Below are positions 19,714 to 28,223 of a stretch of DNA of 37,522 bases, piece after piece. Both the position numbers and the translations under genes were made by a program. Position 1 is the first letter of the stretch. The number at the start of each line of letters is the position of its first letter. Under the pieces are notes generated by a model. The model saw nothing but the letters and a program-made list of their open reading frames with translations. It ran no database searches and was not told the origin of the DNA. The DNA lies in contig SDZP01000001.1 of assembly GCA_004144935.1 (NCBI GenBank), forward strand, positions 1 to 37,522. The letters are read 5' to 3'. The stretch comes from Caulobacteraceae bacterium (lineage in GTDB: Bacteria; Pseudomonadota; Alphaproteobacteria; Caulobacterales; Caulobacteraceae).

Positions 19714-20316
19714 CTACAGGCCGGCGGCCATCGCGGTGCGCATCAGGTCGGACATGTTTTTCGATCCGGTCTTGGCCATCATGTTGGCGCGATAGATCTC
19801 GACCGTTCGGATGCTGATCCCCAGTTCGAACGCAATCACCTTGTTCGGCTTGCCGGCGACGACCCCGACAAGGACGTCGCGCTCCCGCGGCGAGAGGGCG
19901 GCCACACGGTCCATCGCCTCGCGACTGATTCGTCCTTCATCGGACGTCGGTCGGTCCAGGGCGGTCCGCACCGCCGTCAAAAGGGTCTGATCGGAAAAGG
20001 GCTTCTCGACAAAGTCGACGGCGCCGGCCTTCATCGCCTCGACCGCCAGCGGAATGTCGCCGTGACCGGTCATGATGACGATCGGCATAGCGAAGCCGCG
20101 CGCCGTCAGCAGCCGCGCCAGATCGACTCCGGACGTTCCGGGCATGCGGACATCGGCGACGACGCAACCGCCAGGGCCGTCGGGCAACCGCGACAGGAAG
20201 TCGTCGGCGGTTTCGTACTGGACGGACCGGTACCCGTTCATGTCCAGCATGAAGGCCAGGGAATCCCGCATGGCGTCGTCATCGTCGATGACATGAACAT
20301 CGCCCTTTTCAGTCAT
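19714..20316 (-). CDS. fixJ: FixJ-family response regulator (REC + LuxR HTH)
   Basis: ATG 20316 overlaps the fixL stop (ATGACTGA); [48 protein letters not shown]. Confidence 0.9.
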   Translation of the reverse strand: MTEKGDVHVIDDDDAMRDSLAFMLDMNGYRSVQYETADDFLSRLPDGPGGCVVADVRMPGTSGVDLARLLTARGFAMPIVIMTGHGDIPLAVEAMKAGAVDFVEKPFSDQTLLTAVRTALDRPTSDEGRISREAMDRVAALSPRERDVLVGVVAGKPNKVIAFELGISIRTVEIYRANMMAKTGSKNMSDLMRTAMAAGL

Positions 20317-21883
20317 TGGCATCCCCAGGGTCGGCAAGCGGCAGGGTGAAGGAGAATACGGCGCCGCCCCGCGGGTTGTCGTCCACCCAGATGCGACCGC
20401 CCTGCGCCTCGACAATGGTCCGGCAGATCGACAGGCCGACGCCCATGCCGTTCGCCTTCGTGGTCACGAACGGCTGAAAGAGCCGGTCGCGGATGGCGGG
20501 GCTTACGCCGGGGCCGGTGTCGGCGACGGAGACCTTCACCATCCGGTCGTCGCCGGGCTGAACCGAGATGACCAGGTCTCGGTGTTCGCCGCCCTCCATG
20601 GCGTCGAGCGCGTTGCGGATCAGGTTGAGGGCGACCTGCTGGACCTGGACCCGGTCGACGATGACGTGGCCGAGGTCGCGATCGAACCGGAGGCTGACGC
20701 GGAAGCCCTTCTGGCGCGCGCCGACGAGGGCGAGGGCGCTGGCCTCTTCCATCAGCTTGGCGGGATCCTCGAGGCTGCGCTCCGTCTCGCCCTTGCCGAC
20801 GAACTCCCGCAGCCGCTTGATGATGTCGCCGGCCCGCAGCGCCTGCTGCGAGGCCCGGTCGAGGACATCCTTGAGGCGATCGGTGTCCATGGTCTCCGAT
20901 TCGAGCATGGCCACCGAACCGCGGAGGTAGTTGGTGATTGCGCCGAGCGGCTGGTTGAGTTCGTGCGCCAGCGATGAGGCCATCTCGCCCATTGCCGTGA
21001 GGCGGGACACATGGACCAGCTCCGACTGCAGTTCCTGCAGCCGCCGCTCCTGGTCCCGATTCTGCGTCAGGTCGCGCACAAAGCCGGTGAAGAAGCGCTC
21101 GCGTCCGACCACGGCCTCGCCGACGGCCAGTTCCATGGGAAAGGTGGATCCGTCCTTGCGCTCACCGACGACGATACGGCCGAGCCCGATAATTCTCCGC
21201 TCGCCGGTGGTCAGGTATCGCAGCAGGTAGCCGTCATGCTCGGTGCGATAGGGCTCGGGCATGAGGATCTCGACGTTGCGCCCGACCGCCTCCTCCGGCG
21301 TCCAGCCGAACAGGCCGACCGCCGCCGCGCTGAACGATTGAATCACCCCCCGCTCGTCTATGACGATCATGGCCTCCGGCACGGTGGCGAGGATGGATTC
21401 CAGGTGCGCCTGTTGCGCCAGGGACGCGCGGGTGCGCTGCCGCAGGCTCTCGCCGCCGGCCGCGATCAGGGGGCCCAGCACCAGGAAGGTGGCCGCATCG
21501 ATCAGGTTGGAGGGACTGGTTACCAGGCCTTGCCGGATGAACAGGACGCTGATCCCCAGGCCAAAACCGGTGGCCAGCAGCCCGGGCCACAGCCCGCCGA
21601 ATCCCGAGGCCGCCAGGATCGCGGGCACGAACAGGACAAACAGCGCGCGGTCGTCGAGGTAGGGGGGCAGCAGGGCGCGGACGCCCAGAGTCAGGATGGC
21701 GCCGATTATCGCGGCCCCGTAGCCGAACCGGATGTCGGCGTTGGCGGCGTTCCAGTCGGGCCAGGCTCTCGCTGAGATCAAGACTCCAGGTCCCCGTACT
21801 TGGATGCGCCATGGCACCCTAGCATGGGAACCGTCGGCATCGGCCTCGCGCGCGAAATTTCCGTCCGCGTGTCCCATAGCCAT
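20309..21883 (-). CDS. fixL: FixL haem-PAS oxygen-sensor histidine kinase (start codon uncertain)
   Basis: DUF4118-like TM region; [55 protein letters not shown]; [26 protein letters not shown]; [19 protein letters not shown]. Confidence 0.92.
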   Translation of the reverse strand: MAMGHADGNFAREADADGSHARVPWRIQVRGPGVLISARAWPDWNAANADIRFGYGAAIIGAILTLGVRALLPPYLDDRALFVLFVPAILAASGFGGLWPGLLATGFGLGISVLFIRQGLVTSPSNLIDAATFLVLGPLIAAGGESLRQRTRASLAQQAHLESILATVPEAMIVIDERGVIQSFSAAAVGLFGWTPEEAVGRNVEILMPEPYRTEHDGYLLRYLTTGERRIIGLGRIVVGERKDGSTFPMELAVGEAVVGRERFFTGFVRDLTQNRDQERRLQELQSELVHVSRLTAMGEMASSLAHELNQPLGAITNYLRGSVAMLESETMDTDRLKDVLDRASQQALRAGDIIKRLREFVGKGETERSLEDPAKLMEEASALALVGARQKGFRVSLRFDRDLGHVIVDRVQVQQVALNLIRNALDAMEGGEHRDLVISVQPGDDRMVKVSVADTGPGVSPAIRDRLFQPFVTTKANGMGVGLSICRTIVEAQGGRIWVDDNPRGGAVFSFTLPLADPGDAND

Positions 21884-21928
21884 TCTTCACTTCCCTCTCG
21901 CGGGTGACACGCCGACGGCGGGGCGGAT

Positions 21929-21942
21929 TTGACCGGGATCAA
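21929..21942. promoter_or_regulatory. FixK/FNR box between divergent fixL and cupin
   Basis: TTGAC-CGGG-ATCAA, 9/10 match to TTGAT-N4-ATCAA. Confidence 0.78.
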
Positions 21943-21993
21943 GGCGGCGGAGGCCGCGCGGCGCTTTCGTTGGACCTCTGGAAGGAGACCGGC

Positions 21994-22389
21994 GTGAAGG
22001 GCTTCATCGACAACATCGAGGATCTGGCCGACGCCAACGAAGCCTTTCGACGCGTGGTCTATACGGGCCGCCACCTGCAGCTGGTGCTGATGCGCCTGCT
22101 TGCCGGCGAAGAGACCGGAACCGGCGCCGAGGCGAGGCATGATCGCTTCTTCCATGTCGTCAACGGGGTCGCCACCGTCACCATCGACGGTGTCGGCGCC
22201 CGCGTCGAAGGCGCCGCCATCGTGCTCGTCCCGGCCGGCGCGACCCACAGGATCGTCAACACCGGCGTCGAGCCTCTGGCCTTCTATACGCTGCTCGGGC
22301 CGCCGGCGCATCGGGACGGACTTGTGCATGACGCCCCCCTCGATGCGATCCAGAGCCCCGCGCCGTTCGATGGGCTGACAAGCGAATAG
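21994..22389 (+). CDS. Cupin-domain protein (degenerate metal motif)
   Basis: GTG 21994 after AAGGAG; MKGFIDNIEDL...FRRVVYTGRHLQLVLM...HDRFF...VPAGATHRIVNTG...YTLLGPPAHRDG...FDGLTSE. Confidence 0.8.
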   Translation: MKGFIDNIEDLADANEAFRRVVYTGRHLQLVLMRLLAGEETGTGAEARHDRFFHVVNGVATVTIDGVGARVEGAAIVLVPAGATHRIVNTGVEPLAFYTLLGPPAHRDGLVHDAPLDAIQSPAPFDGLTSE

Positions 22390-22416
22390 AATCTGACCGG
22401 GTCCGGACGCCGTTGG

Positions 22417-22668
22417 TCAGGTCGCCTGGCGCCGGCTGAGCAAAAGCACGCCGCTGATCATCGCGCCCAGGGTGGCGAACACCGCCGGATAGCAGAGCGG
22501 GCAGTGGCTCAGTTGCAGCGGCGTTGAGGTGCAAAGCCCAGAGTCGCCGGTGGCGATCAGATAGACCCAGAACCAGAGGACGCCGGCCACGATGGCGGTC
22601 AGTCCCGTCGTCAGTTCCAGCAGCTCGCCGGCCGGATCTGCGGCGCGGGCGGTCGGGGCGTGAGGCAT
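22417..22668 (-). CDS. 83-aa two-TM hypothetical protein with C-x8-H-C-x2-C loop
   Basis: ATG 22668 with AAGGA RBS; two hydrophobic segments flank GDSGLCTSTPLQLSHCPLCYP; fills the gap between cupin and ccoN. Confidence 0.65.
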   Translation of the reverse strand: MPHAPTARAADPAGELLELTTGLTAIVAGVLWFWVYLIATGDSGLCTSTPLQLSHCPLCYPAVFATLGAMISGVLLLSRRQAT

Positions 22669-22717
22669 GGCGAAGTCCTTTTCAAACCCACCGTGATCCG
22701 GTTCCGGACCGCCGCCC

Positions 22718-22731
22718 TTGATCCAGATCAA
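22718..22731. promoter_or_regulatory. FixK/FNR box upstream of ccoN
   Basis: Perfect consensus TTGAT-CCAG-ATCAA. Confidence 0.92.
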
Positions 22732-22784
22732 GGTGGCCCGCCGGCCGCACCCCCATGAAGCCCTCAGCTTTCGGGGAATATTCC

Positions 22785-24437
22785 ATGTCCACTGCCATTC
22801 CGGATCGTTACCGGCCCACGCCGGGGGCGGCGCTCCTTCTGACTCTGACCGTCATCGGCGGCCTGGTAATGACCGTCGCCGCCGGCCTGACCGATGATCC
22901 GCTGTTCAGGCTGCACAGCCTGATCTTCGTCGCCGCCGCGGTTCTCGGCGGCTTCGCCCTCACCGCTGGCCTCGGCAGCGAGCTGCTGCGCGATGAGCCG
23001 GACCGTTACATGGACGGGGTCATCCGGGCCGGCGTCATCGCCACCATGTTCTGGGGCGCGGTCGGCATGCTGGTCGGCGTGGTCATCGCCGCCCAGATCA
23101 GCTTCCCGACGATCTTCTACTTTCCCGAGGCTGGCTGGCTGAACTTCGGCCGCCTGCGGCCGCTGCACACCTCGGGCGTCATCTTCGCCTTCGGGGGAAA
23201 CGCCCTGATCGCGACGAGCTTCTGGGTGGTGCAGCGCACCTGCCGCGCCCGGCTGGCCGGCGGCATCGCCCCCTGGTTCGTCTTCTGGGGCTACCAGCTG
23301 TTCATCGTCCTGGCGGCGACCGGCTACCTGGCCGGCATCACCCAGTCGCGGGAGTACGCCGAGCCCGAATGGTACGTCGACATCTGGCTGACCATCGTCT
23401 GGGTCGCCTACCTGCTGGTCTTCCTGGGGACGATCTGGAAGCGCAAGGAGCCTCACATCTACGTGGCCAACTGGTTCTACTTGGCCTTCATCGTCACCGT
23501 CGCCCTGCTGCATGTGATCAACAACCTGGCCCTGCCGGTCGGACTGCTGAACAGCCGCAGCTACTCCCTGTTCGCCGGGGTGCAGGACGCCTTGACCCAG
23601 TGGTGGTACGGCCACAACGCCGTCGGCTTCTTCCTCACCGCCGGCTTCCTGGGGATGATGTACTACTTCGTGCCCAAGCGGGTGGACCGGCCGGTCTACA
23701 GCTACCGCCTGTCGATCGTGCACTTCTGGTCGCTGATCTTCATCTACATCTGGGCCGGCCCGCACCACCTGCACTACACCGCCTTGCCGCAGTGGGCGCA
23801 GACGCTGGGCATGACTTTCTCGATCATGCTGTGGATGCCCAGCTGGGGCGGCATGATCAACGGGCTGATGACCCTGTCGGGGGCCTGGGACAAGCTGCGC
23901 ACCGACCCGGTGGTCCGCATGATGGTCGTCGCCATCGCCTTCTACGGCATGGCCACCTTCGAGGGGCCGATCATGTCGATCCGGGCGGTCAACGCCCTGT
24001 CGCACTACACCGACTGGACCATCGGCCACGTGCACAGCGGCGCGCTCGGCTGGGTCGGCTTCATCAGCTTTGGCGCCATCTACTGCCTGGTCCCCTGGCT
24101 GTGGAAGAAGGATCGGATCTGGTCCAACGCCCTCATCGAGTGGCACTTCTGGATCGCGACCACCGGCATTCTTCTCTACATCTGCGCCATGTGGGTGTCG
24201 GGCATCATGGAAGGCCTGATGTGGCGCGCCTACACGCCTGAGGGCTACCTCGCCTACAGCTTCATCGAGACGGTCTCGGCCAAGCATATCGAGAACATCA
24301 TCCGCACCGTCGGCGGCCTGATGTTCCTGAGCGGCACGCTGATCATGATCTACAACCTGTGGCGCACGGTTCGCATGCCGTCCGTCCAGGGCGCGGAGGC
24401 GACTCCGGCCGCTCTCCCCGCCCCCGTGGCCGCTTGA
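22785..24437 (+). CDS. ccoN: cbb3-type cytochrome c oxidase subunit I
   Basis: [54 protein letters not shown] 22785 preferred over 22755 because of the GGGGAA RBS and the FixK box geometry (class II site near -41.5). Confidence 0.97.
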   Translation: MSTAIPDRYRPTPGAALLLTLTVIGGLVMTVAAGLTDDPLFRLHSLIFVAAAVLGGFALTAGLGSELLRDEPDRYMDGVIRAGVIATMFWGAVGMLVGVVIAAQISFPTIFYFPEAGWLNFGRLRPLHTSGVIFAFGGNALIATSFWVVQRTCRARLAGGIAPWFVFWGYQLFIVLAATGYLAGITQSREYAEPEWYVDIWLTIVWVAYLLVFLGTIWKRKEPHIYVANWFYLAFIVTVALLHVINNLALPVGLLNSRSYSLFAGVQDALTQWWYGHNAVGFFLTAGFLGMMYYFVPKRVDRPVYSYRLSIVHFWSLIFIYIWAGPHHLHYTALPQWAQTLGMTFSIMLWMPSWGGMINGLMTLSGAWDKLRTDPVVRMMVVAIAFYGMATFEGPIMSIRAVNALSHYTDWTIGHVHSGALGWVGFISFGAIYCLVPWLWKKDRIWSNALIEWHFWIATTGILLYICAMWVSGIMEGLMWRAYTPEGYLAYSFIETVSAKHIENIIRTVGGLMFLSGTLIMIYNLWRTVRMPSVQGAEATPAALPAPVAA

Positions 24438-24451
24438 GGGGAGGGGCCGAC

Positions 24452-25195
24452 ATGAAACTCTGGAAACAACACGGCAGGTTCGAGCGGCATTCGCTGCTGC
24501 TGGTCATCGGCATCCTGGTGGTCGTCTCGATCGGCGGCCTGGTCGAGATCGCCCCTCTGTTCTGGCTGCAGAGCACGGTGGAGAAGGTGGAGGGTGTCCG
24601 CCCCTATACGCCGCTCGAGTTGGCCGGCCGCGACATCTACATCCGCGAGGGCTGCTACGTCTGCCACTCGCAGATGATCCGCCCCCTGCGCGACGAGGTC
24701 GAGCGCTACGGCCACTACAGCCTGGCGGCCGAGAGCATGTACGACCACCCCTTCCAGTGGGGCTCCAAGCGGACCGGGCCGGATCTCGCCCGGGTCGGCG
24801 GCAAGTACAGCGACGGCTGGCACGTCGACCACCTGACCGACCCTCGCTCGGTTGTGCCGGAATCGGTGATGCCGCCTTACGCCTTCCTGGCCGAGAAGGA
24901 CCTGCGCACCGTCGACCTGAAGGCCAAGCTCAAGGCCATGAAGGCGCTCGGCGTGCCCTATTCCGACGCCGACCTCGACGCCGCCCTGACCGACGCCGAG
25001 GCCCAGGCCGACCCCTTCTCCACCGACGCCGTCGCCCTTCGCAAGCGCTACGGGGCCAAGGTGGTCAACCGCGACTTCGACGGCCGGCCCGACCGGCTGA
25101 CCGAGATGGACGCCCTGGTGGCCTACCTCCAGATGCTCGGCGCCGGGGTCGATTTCAGCACCTACAAGGCCGGCGATCCGGCCAACAAGCGATAG
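24452..25195 (+). CDS. ccoO: cbb3 oxidase subunit II (monohaem cytochrome c)
   Basis: [20 protein letters not shown] (CxxCH), [14 protein letters not shown]; GAGGGG RBS. Confidence 0.96.
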   Translation: MKLWKQHGRFERHSLLLVIGILVVVSIGGLVEIAPLFWLQSTVEKVEGVRPYTPLELAGRDIYIREGCYVCHSQMIRPLRDEVERYGHYSLAAESMYDHPFQWGSKRTGPDLARVGGKYSDGWHVDHLTDPRSVVPESVMPPYAFLAEKDLRTVDLKAKLKAMKALGVPYSDADLDAALTDAEAQADPFSTDAVALRKRYGAKVVNRDFDGRPDRLTEMDALVAYLQMLGAGVDFSTYKAGDPANKR

Positions 25196-25203
25196 GGCCC
25201 GAC

Positions 25204-25359
25204 ATGACCTACGAAACCGTCTCCCGCTTCGCCCAGCAGTTCGGGCTGGTCTACTTCGGCCTAATCTTCCTGGTCGGGGCCGGCTGGGCGCTGCTACCCC
25301 GGCATGCCGAAACCTACCGCGCCGCCGCGCGCCTGCCCCTCCAGGAGAATGACCTATGA
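25204..25359 (+). CDS. ccoQ: cbb3 oxidase small subunit
   Basis: 51 aa MTYETVSRFAQQFGLVYFGLIFLVGAGWALLP...AARLPL, one TM, between ccoO and ccoP; stop overlaps ccoP ATG. Confidence 0.92.
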   Translation: MTYETVSRFAQQFGLVYFGLIFLVGAGWALLPRHAETYRAAARLPLQENDL

Positions 25360-26228
25360 GCGGTCCCCACAAGGACGAGATCTCCGGGATCGACACTACG
25401 GGTCACGAGTGGGACGGCATCCGCGAACTCGACAACCCGCTGCCGCGCTGGTGGCTCTGGGTGTTCTACGCCTGCATCCTGTTCGCCGTCGGCTACTGGG
25501 TGCTGATGCCGGCCTGGCCGGGTATAGGGGGCTACACCGCCGGCCTCCTCGGCCGGTCGGACCGCGCCGATGTCACCCGGGCCATGCAGGCCCTCGACGC
25601 CCAGCGCGGCGAAGGCGCCAAGGTGCTGCGCAGCGCCAGCCTGCAGCAGATCGAGTCCGACCCCAAGCTTCAGGCCTACGCCCTGCAGGTGGGAAGCTCG
25701 GTGTTCGGCGACAATTGCGCCACCTGTCACGGGGCTGGCGGGGCGGGCGGCAAGGGTTATCCCAACCTGCGCGACGACGTCTGGCTGTGGGGCGGTACGC
25801 TCGACGACATCCAGCACACCCTCGTCGTCGGGGTCCGGTCTGGGCATCCCGACGCCCGGATGTCGCAAATGCCGGCCTTCGGGCGTGACGGCCTGCTGGA
25901 TGCGGCGCAGATCAGCGACCTGACCGAGTACGTCGTCAAGCTGTCCGGCCGTCCGGCCGACGGCCCGGCGGTAGCCCGCGCGACACCCTTGTTCGTCGCC
26001 AACTGCGTGTCCTGCCATGGCGCCGCCGGCAAGGGCGACCAGAAGGTCGGCGCGCCCGACCTGACGGACGCCGACTGGCTCTACGGCTCCGACCACGCCG
26101 CCATCTCCGGCCAGATCACCAACGGCCGCGGCGGCGTGATGCCGACCTGGGCCGCCCGGCTGAGCCCGGAAACCATCAAGGCCCTGGCCGTCTACATCCA
26201 CGCCAACGCGGGGGACGAGGACAAGTGA
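25356..26228 (+). CDS. ccoP: cbb3 oxidase subunit III (dihaem cytochrome c)
   Basis: TTGHEWDGIRELDNPLPRWW; two CxxCH (CATCH, CVSCH). Confidence 0.96.
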   Translation: MSGPHKDEISGIDTTGHEWDGIRELDNPLPRWWLWVFYACILFAVGYWVLMPAWPGIGGYTAGLLGRSDRADVTRAMQALDAQRGEGAKVLRSASLQQIESDPKLQAYALQVGSSVFGDNCATCHGAGGAGGKGYPNLRDDVWLWGGTLDDIQHTLVVGVRSGHPDARMSQMPAFGRDGLLDAAQISDLTEYVVKLSGRPADGPAVARATPLFVANCVSCHGAAGKGDQKVGAPDLTDADWLYGSDHAAISGQITNGRGGVMPTWAARLSPETIKALAVYIHANAGDEDK

Positions 26229-27745
26229 CCGTCGTCATCGACCGGACCCGTTCGCCCCACGACGCTGGCGGTTCCGCCCGCGCCGCGGGTCCGGTCTCAG
26301 CCGCCGCCCGCGCCCGCCAGCAGGCCAGCAAGGGCGGCGGCGAGCTCTACAAGCCCCGCGCCCAGATCTACCCCAAGCGGGTCAACGGCCGCTGGCGGAT
26401 GGTCAAGTGGGCGCTGATGGGCGTGATGCTGGCCATCTACTACATCACCCCCTGGATCCGCTGGCATCGTCCCGGCGCGCTGCCGGACCAGGCGGTGCTG
26501 GTCGATTTCGACGGCGGCCGCTTCTACTTCTTCTGGATCCAGTTGTGGCCGCAGGAGGTCTATTTCATCACCGGCCTGCTGGTGATGGCCGCCCTGGCCC
26601 TCTTCCTGACCACCTCGATCTTCGGCCGGCTGTGGTGTGGCTACGCCTGTCCGCAGACCGTCTGGACCGACCTGTTCATGATGGTCGAGCGCCGCTTCGA
26701 GGGGGATCGCAACGCCCGCATGAAGCTCGACGCGGCGCCCTGGTCGCTGGAAAAGGCCTGGCGCAAGCTTGGCAAGCACGCGGTCTGGCTCGGCATCGCC
26801 TTCGGCACCGGCGGCGCCTGGATCTTCTATTTCCACGACGCGCCGACCCTGATCCGCACCTTCTGGATCGGCCAGGGGGCGATGACGGCCTATGTGTCCT
26901 GCGCCCTGTTGACGGCCGCCACCTATGTCATGGCCGGCGCCATGCGCGAGCAGGTCTGCACCTACATGTGCCCCTGGCCCCGCATCCAGGGCGCCATGCT
27001 CGACAAGCATTCCCTGCAGGTCACCTATCGCTATGACCGGGCCGAACCGCGCGGCCCCCATAAGAAGGGCCAGACCTGGGAAGGCCGCGGCGACTGCATC
27101 GACTGCAACCAGTGTGTCGTCGTCTGCCCGATGGGCATCGACATCCGTGACGGGGCGCAGCTGGAGTGCATCAACTGCGGCCTCTGCGTCGACGCCTGCG
27201 ACGAGATGATGCTCAAGGTCGGGCGGCCGACCGGCCTGATCGCCTATGACACCGACGCCGCGGTCCTCGACCGCGCCGAGGGCCGCAAGCCGATCTACCG
27301 GTTCATCCGTTCCCGGACGATCTTCTATACGGTCGCCCTGGCCGTGATCTCCGGCCTGATGATCTGGGGCCTGTCCAATCGCAGTCCGGTCGAGGCCCAC
27401 GCCCTGCGTGACCGCAACCCCACCTTCGTGCGCCTGCGCGACGGCTCCATACGCGACGGCTACACTCTCAAGGTCGCCAATCGGGCCTTCGAGGATCGCG
27501 ACTACCGGGTCACCGTGACCGGCATTCCGGGCGCCCGTGTCTGGACGCCCGGTTCCCGCGGCGGCGGGCCTGTCCGCATCCACGTTCCGGCCAACGAGGT
27601 CACCGCCCTGCGGGTCTTCGTGACCGCGCCGCCCGCCGGCCTCAACGCCGCCAGCCAGCCTCTGACCTTCCGCCTGACCGCGCCGCAGGCGTCGGTCGAG
27701 GTGAAATCCGTCTTTCTTTCAGGAGCGGCCAATGTCTCCGACTGA
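26225..27745 (+). CDS. ccoG: cbb3 accessory Fe-S membrane protein CcoG/FixG
   Basis: GRLWCGYACPQTVW, CTYMCPWPRIQ, CIDCNQCVVVCP, CINCGLCVDAC. Confidence 0.95.
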   Translation: MTVVIDRTRSPHDAGGSARAAGPVSAAARARQQASKGGGELYKPRAQIYPKRVNGRWRMVKWALMGVMLAIYYITPWIRWHRPGALPDQAVLVDFDGGRFYFFWIQLWPQEVYFITGLLVMAALALFLTTSIFGRLWCGYACPQTVWTDLFMMVERRFEGDRNARMKLDAAPWSLEKAWRKLGKHAVWLGIAFGTGGAWIFYFHDAPTLIRTFWIGQGAMTAYVSCALLTAATYVMAGAMREQVCTYMCPWPRIQGAMLDKHSLQVTYRYDRAEPRGPHKKGQTWEGRGDCIDCNQCVVVCPMGIDIRDGAQLECINCGLCVDACDEMMLKVGRPTGLIAYDTDAAVLDRAEGRKPIYRFIRSRTIFYTVALAVISGLMIWGLSNRSPVEAHALRDRNPTFVRLRDGSIRDGYTLKVANRAFEDRDYRVTVTGIPGARVWTPGSRGGGPVRIHVPANEVTALRVFVTAPPAGLNAASQPLTFRLTAPQASVEVKSVFLSGAANVSD

Positions 27746-28223
27746 CACCGTCCCACCCGCGGGATTCCGGATCACCGGCTGGCACGTCCTTATCGGCGTG
27801 ACGCTGTTCTTCGCCATCGTCATCGCCGTCGACGTGCTGTTCATGGTCAAGGCCTACCAGACCTTCTCCGGCCAGATCGTCAAGAATCCCTACGAGGCGG
27901 GCCTGGCCTGGAACCAGCACCTGCTGGACGAAAAGCATCAGGTCGCGCTCGGCTGGAGCGTCGATGCCGGCCTTCAGGGCGATGGCGGGCTGGTCGTCAC
28001 CGTTAACGACCGGACCGGCGCGCCCGTCGAGGGGCTGAAGGCCAACGCCACGCTGGAGCGTCCGGCCACCGAACAGGGCCGGGTGATGGTCCGGCTCGAT
28101 GAACGCGCGCCGGGTGTCTATGAGGGCCGCCCGGTGCTGGCGCCGGGAGCCTGGGACCTCAGCGCGGTGCTCGAGGGGCCGGCCGGGCCGTTCCAGGCCG
28201 AACGCCGCATCATCGCGCCATGA
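27732..28223 (+). CDS. ccoH: cbb3 assembly protein CcoH/FixH
   Basis: ITGWHVL + TM, TFSG...NPYEAGLAWN, ALGW, LERPAT, GAWDL; position between ccoG and ccoI. Confidence 0.9.
   Translation: MSPTDTVPPAGFRITGWHVLIGVTLFFAIVIAVDVLFMVKAYQTFSGQIVKNPYEAGLAWNQHLLDEKHQVALGWSVDAGLQGDGGLVVTVNDRTGAPVEGLKANATLERPATEQGRVMVRLDERAPGVYEGRPVLAPGAWDLSAVLEGPAGPFQAERRIIAP

Noticed and set aside
22755-22784. Upstream ATG for ccoN
   Set aside because: Lies before the transcription start predicted from the FixK box and has no RBS.
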